From positions 1,065,555 to 1,129,554 of the forward strand of contig NW_014577063.1 in assembly GCF_000485595.1 (NCBI RefSeq): 64,000 nt of DNA. Reading direction: 5' to 3'. The first letter of the stretch is position 1. Each line of letters opens with the position of its first letter. Source of the stretch: Priapulus caudatus (lineage: Eukaryota). The notes beneath the pieces are model-generated. The model was not told the origin of the DNA and ran no database searches. It saw nothing but the letters and a program-made list of their open reading frames with translations. A program made the translations under genes and the position numbers. Positions 14,449 to 37,523 of this stretch are shown here, piece by piece.

Positions 14449-16056
14449 AAAACATGGCGATCGATTACAGCACATAGCATTTAATTATTAAACGGATGCG
14501 GATGTAGAATCGTCTGCAGTAGCCCTGCGTTACGACACATACACCTACTCTGTGGCGGATAAATCATTAAGGATTTCGCTTGGTAGCGAACAAGTTTACT
14601 AACGCCATATGATTCGATGTGAAAATTGATGAATTCGTGAAAATTAAATCTCATTCAGAATTAGGTACGAATAGTCTAAAAGTCTAAAAGTCTTGCTCTA
14701 TGAACGTCTGGATTCCCAGCAGATTGATCGATAGGAAATGCAAAAATGTGAGGCGAGCCAAACAACAGAAAATCGCAGCACGGCCTTTCGTGTACACTCG
14801 CTGTCTGTGTTATATCTGTTGGCTATAACTATAACTATACAGTTTTTCTCAAGACACGTCGTAAATGTGATTATAGTTATTATCAGCGAACGTCCGACCG
14901 GCCGCCTGTGCCACAAAGTAACTGCTCATTTAGTGCAATCAGCCGCGCGCATGCGCACATGGATATTTGACGATGCACAGGTGAGGCAGGCTGTGCAAGG
15001 TGATGCGACTGTCTGAGACGGGCAAATAATTACGCAGCGGCAGCGAGCGGACGCGTGAAATGCTGGTCTGTGAAAACCAAGTGGGATGTTCATAATGCGT
15101 TCTAGCTACTAGAAATCATCTCTGTGTTCGTGCTCTAACAACACAGACGGCGGCGCGACAGCATGGTAAGGCAGTGCTTAAAAGAGTGAAATTGCCTATA
15201 CGAGCAAACACGACGGAAAATGAAAGCGCATCGGGCTGCTCGCTGTAGGCTCGGTACTACGGGTCCATGCCAAAGCGACGTCGCCACTACCAGATGACAA
15301 GCATCCGAACGGGGAACGTTTTCTTGGATACCGTGGAACGTATATATTGGGTATGGTAGTATTTACTGTCGATTGTTTGACGAATTTTGGATCAGAATAG
15401 AGGTGCGGCTCTCGGAGATCGGAATTCTGCGACAATACGAACATTCCATGCTATATTATCTATCTATATACGATTGACAATCGGTGAAGCTACGCTGAAA
15501 CCGTCGTTTCGATGTTGTGGCAGACGTGATGCATGTTAAAACCTGCGCAAGGTGAATGCGCTTATACAGACGTAAAATCGAAACGGATTTGAAACGTCAG
15601 GCAGAGAATACTTCGCGGTGCCGTCTAGACCTTCGCCAGTTCCTAGAGAATAGCCGGCACACTGGTCAGTGCAGTGGTGGCCTGCCGGCTTTGGTGAGTG
15701 GAAATGAGTGTGAATGATGACGCCGCATAAGTTAATCCGCGTTCTACGAACCTACCATCGACGTTCGCAGACGAGCATATAAACGCATTTCTTGTCCCCG
15801 TGATGATAACGGAGTACTAAATTCCGGAGGCTGCCCTTTCCGCTCGTTCATCAGTAGGATCCGACTTCGCGGATAGTTGACATTTCGCCAGCAGCGTCAC
15901 GTACGCCTACCTCCCAAAGGTAATGCCGCACCTAACGGATTCCGACTACAGCGCGAGCTGAGAGCGCCTAACTGCATGTAGACGTCATTCGGAACATTCT
16001 CAGATTCACCAGTGCCGACTCTGGTTCCTAGTGGGAAGCCAGTTTGATACGCAACG

Positions 16057-16132
16057 ATGCCATCTCGAAGAGGTTTAATTGCCCCACAGAACACGCTACT
16101 CGAAAACCTTCTACGGCGATCGAATGGACAAC
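16057..16132 (+). CDS. eag: eag K+ channel coding exon 1 (PAS-cap), MPSRRGLIAPQNTLLENLLRRSNGQ
   Basis: Manual translation matches the KCNH N-terminal motif RRGLVAPQNTFLENI. Ends in phase 1 at donor C|gtaagt. Not in the ORF track (too short). Confidence 0.93.
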
Positions 16133-19100
16133 GTAAGTATATACAATATATATAAGGGGTTAATAATGACAAAAAATTGTCATTCTTAACCCTGATATAT
16201 TATATTATTTTATTATATACATATATATATCTATATATATTTTTAATTTGTACGTCTATTCTATATTAATATATCTATATTAACTAATATATTTATAGTA
16301 GATACAATAATATATATAATAATATATTCATATAATATACATATATATAGCACATTATGTGTAATTATTATATACAATATATATTATATACAAATATAAT
16401 ATATCTATATTAACATATTTTTTTACTTATATATTTATATTTATAATAGTGAGGATTTTCTGCCACATAGTGGTGTTGTCCTGTCGAGCTGCGCGTCCAT
16501 TTTGTGCGCACGTCAGCGTGCAGAGCCGGTGGCCGTGGTTGTGTGCCCTTAAGTCGTCAAGCGTCGTATGCAGTATGAAAAACTGCAAAGTACAATAGAA
16601 TACTGTAAATGTAGAGCAGATTACTGGCTAAGCGGGGGGGGGATCAATGCCTGTCAGTCAATAATCATTAATTTACTAAGAAAGCGCGGAAAAAATACAT
16701 TACGTTGGAATTAGCATACTGTTCTATACAATGTTTTATTACAAAAAAGTGCATGTAATAGAATATTTGCCTGCACGCACATGGTTAAGGACGTATAATA
16801 TATCTCAACATGTATTGAAAAATATTAATACTATACAATTTGAGATTCAGTTATGTAATTTACAATTGGCTTTCTGTAACTGAAGAATAAGACGGCGGGG
16901 GGGGGGGTCGTCATGCCCAATTGGCATTTATCGGCCGAATTACATTATAATTTCCTGGGTAATAACTTATTCAGATTCAAGAAAGTCGTCTAAGAACAAC
17001 ACGGGGACACGGTGTTACATTAATAATAATTATACCGATATTTTATTATATATAGCTCTGTTTTCGTGCGCTGAAGTTAAGAATTTGCATCGCCCGAGTG
17101 ACAGACGCATTCATGCAGAGGCGAGACCACGGCGACAAGATTAGCTAGCGTCATTCTCTAGCATAATTTTGGGCCTGATGTCAACGGTTATGACACTATG
17201 GTTCGGCTTCACGCGATGCGAGCTTCGGCGCACTGCCAAAAGATAATTCGTGAGATGCAACTGCGAGCATGCGGAAAGCTGATTATGATATTTTTATTAT
17301 TGCATCATAAAAGCCGCTGAGCCGAAAAACGCAAACCGTTGTCGACTCTTTCGATATTAATTTTGCGAACCTCCCAGGTTGTGTCGCCGAGAGCAGACGG
17401 ATCATCGCGCGAGACAAAACATGTTGCGTTCTGTACGTTGTCTTTGCGTGCGTGCAGCTCTCCTGCAGGCAGCACGCTCGTAATCGGTGTTACATGGCGC
17501 AATAATACAATGCGGGAACCCCCCATATAGGCCAGCGTAACAAATGGTCATTATGGCAATAAAGCTCTTTGCCGGCCGATGCATAAAAATCAATGTAATC
17601 GGCAACGGCGCGTAATCAACGCACGACGTCGGCCTGTGTGCTAGGTTGCGTTACTATTACCACACAGGCCTGCTACAGCTACGCCAATCAGATCCCTATA
17701 AACAAGTATATCTATATCGGTCTATAACAAACGCAATGCCCGCAGTCGTAAAAACAATCTATATTTAATGCGTCCTCAACGTAATATCAAGTAGTTTTTT
17801 CTGTAGTATATACAGTTGTTTTACCATGCAGGCATCGACGCAATTTTCTACGTGCACGGCGTCTACATAATCAGCATGCATTCTCGACGCACGGATTGAT
17901 AGCGGCGGTTTTTCGCTGGAGAGCTGGAAATTAAATCAAATCAAACGCAGTAATGAGAACTTACGAAAGATACTCAGGCGATGATGTAATGCGCATAAAG
18001 CGAAGCTCCGCTCGATACACATTAAGTATGAAAATATCTAGTCACTCGTCGCTGAAGATATTCCCACAGCAGCAGTAATGCGAGTAGCGCAATAAACGTG
18101 TAAGGCACAGTCACAATGACATATTTCATATGTATCGGCGTAGCGGCCATGCATACGACAGCGCCAGTCGTGGCGTGGATCAACTGCAGCTGTGGGACAC
18201 GATCAAAATACTTGCGTAATAGATCTCTCATAATCAATTATCGCAGATAAAACGCCGAAAGTGCCACACAGAAGCGGAGTTGGCGGTGAAGCAGTAAAAT
18301 TTCTTTAGATATACAAGCTTACCTAGACGATATCTGATGTCTTTTTCTGTTTGCATCAATCTGAACGCTGCACGGAGTCTATACACATGGGATTTATCTA
18401 CTAAGATCTTTAATTTTTTTCCTAAGGTCGGTGGCAAAGTTTATGGTCTGTGTCTATATATGTAAATTAATATTTTCTACATCTCATAACATTTGTTCTT
18501 GATCATCGTACTAGCTGCTGAAGAATATGCTACGGAGTATGGCTGGAAGCTCGAGCCATTTGCAACATGCTCAATGTGGAAGTACGTATAAGATTATCTA
18601 GGTGTCGCAAGCCCTCTACAATGCTGGTCACTGTATTCCTATCCGTAATATACTATTCCACTGTCGGAAACAACACTAACAGCAAATGCGATATCAGTTC
18701 AAATGCACGTCTCGATACATCCGTCAACATATCAACCACATAACGAGCGTCTCCTAGAAACAGCTTCATAGCAAATATTAATAATCACAGTAACGTATTA
18801 CGGCATGCGAATATCATCCATGAAATATAAACTCTGTTTTTAAAAAATGGCGATTGTAAATGTGGGCATATTTAAATATTCAGTCTATATCTATATCTAT
18901 CTATCAGCCTGGTCTAACAGATTTTCAGTATCCGAATTAATAAAAAAAATGAAAATGAGTTTTTTCAGAGTTTACCGCTGAAACAGCAAAATTTGGGAAT
19001 TTGCTCACTAAAAAGATTACACTGCGCAAGCTATTTTTCACAAAATATTATTCATGCTGACAACGAGTAGAGATCCGCCTCTTCCGCAACAGGATAAGAT

Positions 19101-19239
19101 TGGTTTCAGCTCGTCCTATTTCGAATATCACGCCATATGCAACACTTCGTTCAGTATACTAATTGGTTATTTTTTTCTAATGGGAGAGGCATATATTTTC
19201 CATAAATCCGCCGGTAATACGGAAGTCGACAGGCAATAT

Positions 19240-19608
19240 TATCTATAGTCTATTCTATTCTTATCTATCTATCTTCTATCGTCTCTATCTATTATCTATC
19301 ATCTATCTATCTATCTATCATCTATCTATCTATCTATCTATCTATCTAATCTAATCTACATCTATTATTCTTCTAGTCTATCTATACACTATCTATCTAC
19401 TAATCTATCTATATATTATCTATCTACTATCTATCTATCTATCTATCTATCTTCTATCTATCTGATCTATCTATCATTCTATCTATCTCATCATAATCTC
19501 TTTACTTGCTATCTATCTATCTCTTGATCTATCTATCTATCTTCTATCTATCTACATCTATCTATATATCTATCTATCTGTCTATACATATCTTCATCTA
19601 TCACTATC

Positions 19609-19639
<31 letters not shown>

Positions 19640-19820
19640 CTATCTAATCTATCTATCTATCTATCTATCTATCTATATCTACTCTATCTTCTATCTATCT
19701 ATCCTACTCTATCTATTTATATTCTATCTAATCTATTATCTATCCTTCTATCTATCTAATTATTATCTATTCTACATCTATCTATCGAATCTATCTAGTC
19801 TATCTATCATCTATCTATCA

Positions 19821-19864
<44 letters not shown>

Positions 19865-19991
19865 GTTCTCATCTATCTTCTATCTATCTATCTATCTATC
19901 TATCTAACTCTATCTATCTATCATCTATCTATCTATTCTATCATCTATTATATCTATTCTATTCTATCTATCTTATCTTTCTAACTCTATC

Positions 19992-20028
<37 letters not shown>

Positions 20029-20120
20029 ATCTCATCTAAATACTATCGCTATATTTATTATCTATCTATCTATCTATCATCTATCTTTTATCTTATCTAT
20101 TTAAATATATCTATCTATCC
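19240..20120. repeat. (ATCT)n microsatellite; counterpart at ~27560-28480
   Basis: Seen directly. Confidence 0.95.
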
Positions 20121-21129
20121 CCTATTTAAATATATTATATATATATATGCCTATTAGTCTCAAGCTTTCTTTTTAGCCCAGTATAAACTATGACAATACG
20201 TCTAAGTTGCTCAGCAAAGCAAGCGTTGGATCGTGATATCATTTGTCTAGAAATACGCTTACAAGTGCTGGTGTTTCTGCTGTCGTAATAAGTCATTAGG
20301 CTCGGTCACAGCATTTTCGGTCAGCATTTTCTCTAGATTCTCTGAACTACACATTCAATCTTGAATTACGTAAGATCATCTAAGTGCTAACATAACAGAT
20401 GGCGTTTCTCGACGATAGTTCTTCTACGGGTATCTTTGATAGCCGAATTGGACTTAAGCGGCCTAGATGTCCTACAACCAGTACTCATTGAAATCATCAG
20501 AGTAACAGTGCCGTTTTTTCTGTAATTATGAGTAAATCTCAATTCTAAAGAAAATAATAAATTAAAATGTTTCGGATTAGAGCCATGAATAGCACCAGTG
20601 CCATCGTAACTTACAAAATCCAGACTGAGATCATTTTCAGAATGTAGAAATTTCTATCGGAATGTACATACGACACATGTTATTGATAGGCGCACACATT
20701 GGCACAAAATAGAATAACGGAAGTAATCTAAACATTATATTCCTAAACATATCTCTGTGATTGAATAGTCATCAGAGAGTTGCTATTTGATCCAAGGATG
20801 CGCACGTATATTATTTCGCTTGCATTTATAACGCGCATACAAAACACAACACGCGAACACACACAACGCACGCACGCATGCACGCCGGCACCGCACGCAG
20901 CGCCAGACACCACACACACACATCACGCACCACGCAGCACACACACATCACCACGCACGCACGGCGGCGGCGCGTACAGCACTCACAATTACACGCGCCC
21001 GCACCGCAGGATGAATTGTATGTGGTGTTATATTCATGAGAATCTTGTGACACATATGAGACATCTCGACTCGCCACCCCGGTAGGAATTAGGAAAGAAG
21101 TGCGCATGCGCTGAGCCATCTAAAACATC

Positions 21130-23070
21130 TCATTCCATCAATCTAATCGATCTATCATCCATCCTCATCCATCCATCCACATCCATCCATCCATCAATTC
21201 TATCGATCTATCCATCCATCCATTCCATCCATCACATCCATCCATCCATCCATCCATCATCCATCCATCATCCATCTTACCATTCCATCTCCATATCCAT
21301 CATCATCCATCCATCCCTCATCCATCCATCCATCCATCCATCCTCCATCCATCCATCCATCCATCCATTCCATCATCCATCCATTCCATCCATCCATCCA
21401 TCCACCATCCATCCATCCTCATCCATCATCCCATCCACCCATCCATCCATCCATTTCCATCCCATCCATCAACCATCCATCCATCCATTGCCATCCATCC
21501 ATCCAGCCTCACATCTACCATCCATTCCATCCATCCATCCATCCATCCTCCATTCCTATCTCCATCCATCCAATTCGCATCCATCATCCATCACCATCCA
21601 TCCCATGCCATCCATTCCATCCATCTGCCATCCATACATCCAATTCCATCCATCCATCCATCCTATCCATCCATCCATCCATCCATCCATCCATCCATCC
21701 ATCCATCCATTCCCATCCATCCATTCCATCCATCCCATCCATCATCATCCATCTCCACCTCCATCCAATCCATCATACCATCCATCCATCCCATCCATCA
21801 TCACATCCATCCATCCATCCATCCATTCCATCCATTCCATCCATCCATCCATCCATCCATCCCATCCAAATTCCATACCATCCATCCATCCATCCATCCA
21901 TCCATCCATCCATCCATCCAGTCCATCCATCCATCCATCCATCTCCATCCATCCATCCATACCACATCCATGCCAGTCCATCCATCCATCCATCCATCCA
22001 TCCATCCATCCATCCATCCATCCTCCATCCATTCCATCCATCCATCCAGTCACCCATCCATCACCATCCATCCATCCATCCATCCATTCCATCCATCCAT
22101 CCATCCATTCCCATCAGCATGCCAATCCATCCATCCCATCAATGCCATCCATCACGATCCATCATCCATCCATCCATCTCATCCATACCATCCATCCATC
22201 ATCCATCCATCCAATCCATCCATCCATCCATCCATCACATCCATCCATGTCCATCCATCCATTCCATCCATCCATCACATCCATCCATCCATCCATGCAT
22301 CCATCCATCCATCCATTCCATCCATGCCATCATCCATCCATCCATCCATCCCATCCATCCATCCATCCATCCATCCATCCATCCATCCATCCATCCATCC
22401 TCCATCTGCATCCATTCCATCCATTCCATGCCATCCATCCATCTCCATCCATCCATCCATAATCGCATCCATCCGATCCATCCTCCCATCCCATCCTCCA
22501 TTCGCATGCCATCCCATCCATCCATCCATCCATCCATCCATCCCTTTATCCATCCTCTCAATCCATGCCATCCATCCATCCATCCATCATCCATCCATCA
22601 CCACCATCCATCATCCATCCCATCCATCCAGTCCATCATCCCATCCATCTCATCCATCCATTCCATGCCATCCATCCATGCCAGTCCATCCATCCATCCA
22701 TCCATCAATCCATCCATCATCATCCATCCATCCCTCCAATCACATCCATCCATCCATCCATCCTCCATCCATCCATCCCACTCCACCATCCATCCATCCA
22801 TCCATCCATCCCTATCCATCCTCCATCCATCCATCCATCCACCATTCCATCTCACTGCACAGTCCATACATCACCATCCTCCATCCATCATCCTATCCAT
22901 CCACTCCATCCATTCCATCCATCCATCCATCCATCCATCCTCATCATCTATTCCGTCCGTCCGTCCGTCCGTCCGTCCGTCCGTCCGTCCGTCCGTCCGT
23001 CCGTTCGTCCGTCCATCGATCGATCGATCGATCGATCCATCCATCTATCCGTCCATCCATCCATCCAGTC
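21130..23070. repeat. (ATCC)n array ending in (GTCC)n(GATC)n; counterpart at ~29415-31310
   Basis: Seen directly. Confidence 0.95.
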
Positions 23071-25029
23071 ATATAGCCATATATAGTATACATTCGTATA
23101 CCTCACCAAAAATAGGTGATTGTCTTCTAGTCCATGTTGAGAGCTATATGACTCTTCGAACATTAGTCAAATTACTGTAAGGTCCTCTTTCGAGGTATGT
23201 ATACTCGCGTAGCATGATAAACAATAGCCACCAAATATGACGCGATGAGACTAGTTTAGATGGCCATGAATTAGCGTTCATTGTACATCAGGTACAGTGC
23301 GTTGCGAAATCTCATCTTTGTGTTCATTACTTATTTAGTACATCAAGACTGGTTCAATAACCCGATGAATACACAATTGCGATTACAAAATAGTGCAGAC
23401 GATGGAAAAACAACTAAGTTTGCGGGTTAACGTAGGCTACACTACAGTTTTTTTCATGTCAAGATTGCACATAGCCGCAATGTTTTACCGTGTGATGACA
23501 ATGTGTGATTGGCAGAACCACGGTATGGCCATGTTTACATGCGTATTTTCTTTTCACCATTCAGCTAGAATTTCTATGGTTAGGCCTAATTAATGTTAGT
23601 CCATTAATATTATAACCTGTACGTACCACCTGTCAGCGGAACCAACAATGGGATGCGCATGGAAATATTACATCATCGCTGTTATCAGTACTTAGGATAC
23701 ATGTAATACGGGTAAAAAAAATATCGCGAAAACTTAGTGTACGAAATTGAAAAATGGCATAATTCCCACTATAATGAGTTTTATGCTTCTGTCGATAAAA
23801 CCTTTCGCTACAAACCCACACATATGAGTGCTATTTGTGGCGCTCCATAGATAATAGCAGTGAGGTAAGTGATCAAGATCTGTTCGATAATAACATGGCC
23901 GCTATTTATTGCCACGCTATATATATAACGCTCGAATGTCACATCAAAATTAGAAATTTAATATTAGCAGTGCCCTTCTAGGTAACTACTCCTCGATGAT
24001 CCATAAAGAACATTTTTTGTAGAAGTTAACGTGAAGCAGCGGAATAAACATTCGTAGGGGACACTAACCCTTGGTTATAATTTTCTTTATTGATTTATCC
24101 TCGCTTGATGAATTTCATATCGGGTAGTTACTTACACATTCATCTATAATGTGACTGTTTGGGGTCAACATGTCTTCTCGCCGTTTTTAAATACGTTTAA
24201 TTAGTGATTAAAATAACTCGTAAATAACTGGTATAGCATTTCAAACTGGAAACTCTTGCGAACGGAAAAGTACGCAACCCGTAATTTTGCGGTAGCATTC
24301 GAGCATTTCAGAGCGTTCGCCGAACACCGAAAACATTTTTCCCCTAAAAAAACTTACCAGATTCATCTTTTGTGCATTTTAATTCTAAGCGTCAAGCAGA
24401 AACTGAAATTGGCGCGCATCACTCGAGAATACTACTGTTAGCATCTAACTAGAGCAGGCGCTGACAAGTCTAGCTATTTTGCCGTCCGAGAAAAATTTCC
24501 ACGCGTGCTTTTCCATATTTTCTTCGGATATTTAGATATATTCGCATGCATACTTGCATTTTGATGCATGATATCAAGAGCTAATATTATGATATCAAGA
24601 GGTATTATAAGTTCATGATGATATTCATATTCCTATCCGGATCATGCTTGGAAGAAAGGAGTCGTACACAGATTTTCCGTTTTGGCGCGTAGGCGAGCAG
24701 CTGATCTTCACCTTCAGGGCTGGGTCCGTGATGCTACACCGTAATCATGTAAATGAGAATAACGGGAAATGTTAGAAGCTCGGGGGATACCGTGCCGCAC
24801 TAATCATCTCTTCACTTAGTGTATTTTCTGATAATGGCGATGTTATACGATAGGGAACGGCGTCCATTTATTCCCGTTAATTACATGCTGCCATTGATGT
24901 GTCTTGTTCGATAAATAATTTACAAACATATAGCTAACGTAAACAGGCCTTCACAACTTTTTTGTGGGTATGAAAACCCTTAAGACGTCGAGCAAGCAAT
25001 CAGTACGGTTTTATGCGGAGATACGTGTG

Positions 25030-33427
<8,398 letters not shown>

Positions 33428-33445
33428 GGGCCGAGGATAATGGCC

Positions 33446-33492
<47 letters not shown>

Positions 33493-34525
33493 TACGTAAG
33501 GATTCGATGCATGGTTTTTGGGGAAAAAGGGTTACTGTCCAAGCTTAACGTTCCCGCAAATTACATCTATGATTTACAATCAGCAATACAGAGTTTAATG
33601 CGGTATAGCATCGGTAACTCTATCACAATTAGCAAAATATACGCCCGCCAAAATATGCGAATGTAGTAAAATTGTCGGTGTGTTTTCAAAATATAGCTTC
33701 ATTACCTTGACCGAAACTATAACTGGCTGTCAAGCTTTAGGCGAATGCGTGCGTGCTGTGCGCGTGTATTCGTGACGCGCGATGAGTGCTGCGCGCATAT
33801 ATGCAGCGTGCGTGTGTGTGCGTGCGAACCGGCGTTCCCCGACACAGCTCCAAGTGTGTGTGCGTGCCTCGCGTGTGTGCCTGTGCGTGTGTGTTTGTGG
33901 ATTGTGCGCAACGCGCGCGCTGCGCGGAACCTGGTGTATGCCTGTGTGGTGTATGTGTGTGTGTTGTGTGTGTGTGTGTGTGCTGTGTGCATGTGTGTGT
34001 GTCGTGTGTGTGTGTGTAGTGTGGCGTGGCGTTGTCGTGTGTGCACGCGCGCGCCGGGATGCGCAGTTTGTTTGTTTATACAAATCAACGCTGTCGCGCG
34101 CGTAAGTGCATGCATGGGTGGGTGGGTACTTCAATGTGCAGGTGCCTGCGTGCGTGCATTCGTACGGGCGTGTGTGCGTGCATCTGTTTTGGGGTGAACG
34201 CAAGTATACGTATAGCCAGCCATTCGCGTGACAGCGCGTGGGTGCACCGGTGACTGTGCGTCTCGAGGCGCTTGCGCCTTCGTCTGAAAATGTGGCTGTT
34301 TGTGCGCGCGCTTGCGCCCTTATTGTTGGTGAGCTACGAAAGTGAATTAGTTCGTCCGTGCTTCTACCGTCGTCACAAATTACTGCCGTCATTGCTTGAC
34401 GCTGTCTACTGCGCCTAACAATAGACCGGTGCATTTGTAAATTCAGGGGGTGAAGAATTGCGACAATTTGTTATTATTCAACCCTGGTATAAGAAATTAA
34501 AAGTAATCCGTATCGTGCATACCTG

Positions 34526-34728
34526 GGGCCCGTTGTCAGAAACAAAATTGGTATTAACATTAACTTTTTTTCTTAGACCGTTGACAGAAACGCTGCGAAG
34601 TTACGAGAATGAAAAATCGTAGAAGATTTCTTCATAACAATACGAAACAAAGTGATGTCGACGGTCTAGAAGAAATTGTTAATGTTAAGACTAATGTTAA
34701 GACTAATTTTGTTTCTGACAACGGGCCC
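34526..34728. mobile_element. PIF/Harbinger-type MITE (203 bp)
   Basis: TIRs gggcccgttgtcagaaacaaaatt / aattttgtttctgacaacgggccc, with a 3-bp CTG duplication on both sides. Confidence 0.8.
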
Positions 34729-35335
34729 CTGGTTATATAAGCGCACGCGTGTTATATTACATAGTACACAATGTATATTACAATGTTTTATTAGCTCTTG
34801 GTATTACGTATAGTTATCGGTACATCAGAGAGTAGATACATCATAGAATATTATAGAGGAGCTATAGCGTAGGTAGTTTTAATACGCACAGGTTATGCGC
34901 ACAGCGTTTTACCGCACCAGAAAATACGGACTGGTTCCTCTAAACGCAGTGTAACAATTAGCGTTATGTTAGATTAGTTGTATGCATCAACCCAAAGCTA
35001 CAAGCAACCATCGGCTATGCGGCTACCTTGCGTGAGCGCATATCCATCTTTCATTCAGCCCTCTGAGCGTATCTAGGCAACGCGCGTGTACCTATGATGC
35101 ATCCAGCGGTAGCGTCGTGCACGCGCCAACCGTGTGGCCGCAGCCGAATCGCGTGACAAGCTCGTTGGAAATAGATGCTACGTCAGTGGGAGTGCAGACG
35201 CCAATATGGCAACTGATAATAGTGTGTGCTACAGTCGCCAAACCAGTTCAGCCTTTCGATGCCTTTTTCGATGCTTGTTATCCTAGTCTCTTTCCACTCA
35301 TGGTACTTTCGGCTTAATCATGACACTATTGATGT

Positions 35336-35910
35336 TCATAATCTCAGAGACTAGTCATGGTTATAATCTCATAGACTAGTCATGGTTATAATCTTAGAGA
35401 CTAGTCATGGTCATAATCTCATAGACTAGTCATAGTCATAATTTCAGAGACTAGTCATGGTTATGATCTTAGAGACTAGTCATGGTTATGATCTCAGAGA
35501 CTAGTCATGGTCATAATCTCATAGACTAGTCATGGTTATAATCTCATACACTATAGTCATGGTTATGATCTCAAAGACTAGTCATGGTTATGATCTCATA
35601 CACCTAGCCATGGTTATGATCTCATAGACTAGTCATGGTCATAATCTCAGAGACTGGTCATGGTTATGATCTCAGAGACTAGTCATGGTCATAATCCCAT
35701 AGACTAGTCATGGTTATAATCTCATACACTAGTCATGGTTATAATCTCAGAGACCAGTCATGGTTATAATCTCAGACACAAGTCATGGTCATAATCTCAG
35801 AGACTAGTCATGGTCATAATCTCAGAGACTAGTCATGGTCATAATCTTAGAGACTAGTCATGGTCATAATCTTAGAGACTAGTCATGGTTATAATCTCAG
35901 AGACTAGTCA
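35336..35910. repeat. 25-bp minisatellite (atctcagagactagtcatggttata), ~23 copies
   Basis: Direct tandem units with few substitutions. Confidence 0.92.
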
Positions 35911-37523
35911 CGGTATGGCACTATAGCGATTAGAGTAAATCTACAGTCAACATTTGCCGAAATTTTATTCGCATAATCTCAAGTGATTTTCACGCGCTGC
36001 TTGAACTAGCACGGATTTGATTTAGGGACGTGATTTGCAAATTTGTAGGGACTGATTTGCAAAGACTCACTTGGGTGTCTAACATTTATAAACCAGCTAC
36101 AATGCTACATTATTGCTTGGCGGACGAATAGCTCTATAATCTCAAATAGCGACGGTACGTTTGTGTAAAAATTTGTTCTTATTTCTCTAACCTCGCAGTT
36201 GCGTAAATCAACACCATCAGTACTTTTCAACTGATATATGTTGTTCACAGTTAGATTATAACAAAATTCGTCTGAACACACCGTGCATTAAAAAAACGTC
36301 GCGCGATTCTGTGATACGTGATACTGTATTCTGATTTATATTTCAATTTCATATTCTCCGCAGCGAAAAGCGGCTCGTTTTTTTTATTTGTCACGAGGCC
36401 TCTCTTGAAATGCTCACGCGTGACATGCGGCATTATCTAAACGCAACAAATGGATATTTTATGAAGCAGTAACTTGAGATATGCAGATGACCGCACTTTA
36501 AACTAAACCCGTACGGAAAATGTATTGCAGGCATGCAGTTTTAACAGGCCTCATGTTTGTTACATACACTGTACTACGCTGGTAAATCTGATAGTGGCGA
36601 ATATACGTACCCGCAGTTTCTGCGGCTTTTCACAGCTCTCTCTCGCTCTGTAGATTTGTTACTTCATTTGTAAAACGTCAATAATTCTAAGGAATTTATA
36701 GTTACGCTAATAATATATTCACGTGTTAATTAGCGATTACGCTATACTGTACAAAAATGATCGCAGCAGTTTTTGAACAGACGAAATTCGCACGAAGCGT
36801 TTTGAACACGAGATGAACACGCGCATTGCTTATCTGGATCAACCCGCGCACGTATCTCTCTCTATAAACAGACGAACGAACGTAGACAAAACAGGGTAGC
36901 TCTGCAACACGTAGGATGGACAATAGCCAGCATGATGAAGAGGCAAAAAAGCGCGCATCAATGTACGATTGACTTGGATTAAACCTCCGCACGCGATATA
37001 TTCATCGATGTAAAGATCGAGCGGGCGTCTCTATTCCAATACAGTTGCTTTTTTTCCTCGCGTATGATTTCAAGCTCGCGAAGCTGCGCATCACATTCTG
37101 CGCACCACATTTGACGAGCGAAGAAGCCTGCGTATATAATGTGGGCGCGAACATGAATCTTAGAATATCTTCTTTGTATCGAAGACAAAACGCCAAATCC
37201 GTTACCGCATCGAAATATTCCGCGTTCACTAAACGCAATATGGCGCATAAATTCCCGCTCGCCCGAGCGCGCTCGAGCGTTACGCGGAGCTACATCGCCT
37301 TGCTATATTCCAAGTCATGCCATTGTTTCCATTAAAACAAAGCCGAGCGGCATCGGCTATTGATTCCTACGGTATATGTACAGTATGTGTAGGTATGTAT
37401 TATAGTACTTCTCCCTAGAATGAAGGCCCTCATTATCGATCACCGAGTAATTAGATTAATTGTGACCTGATAATTTACCTGCTGATACAGTTCAGCCACC
37501 ACATACTATATATATATATATAG

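Larger units (their letters stand above)
16500..25020. repeat. Segmental duplicate B, copy 1 (~8.5 kb, in eag intron 1)
   Basis: Collinear with 25030-33427. Both end in agcaagcaatcagtacg(g)ttttatgcgg. Confidence 0.9.

Noticed and set aside
14900..16056. eag promoter and 5' UTR exons (donor-like sites at ~14981, ~15166, ~15694)
   Set aside because: Plausible, but boundaries cannot be supported without transcript data.
35336..35910. 25-, 31- and 45-bp arrays as CRISPR-like repeats
   Set aside because: Units are head-to-tail with no unique spacers, there are no cas genes, and the context is eukaryotic and intronic.
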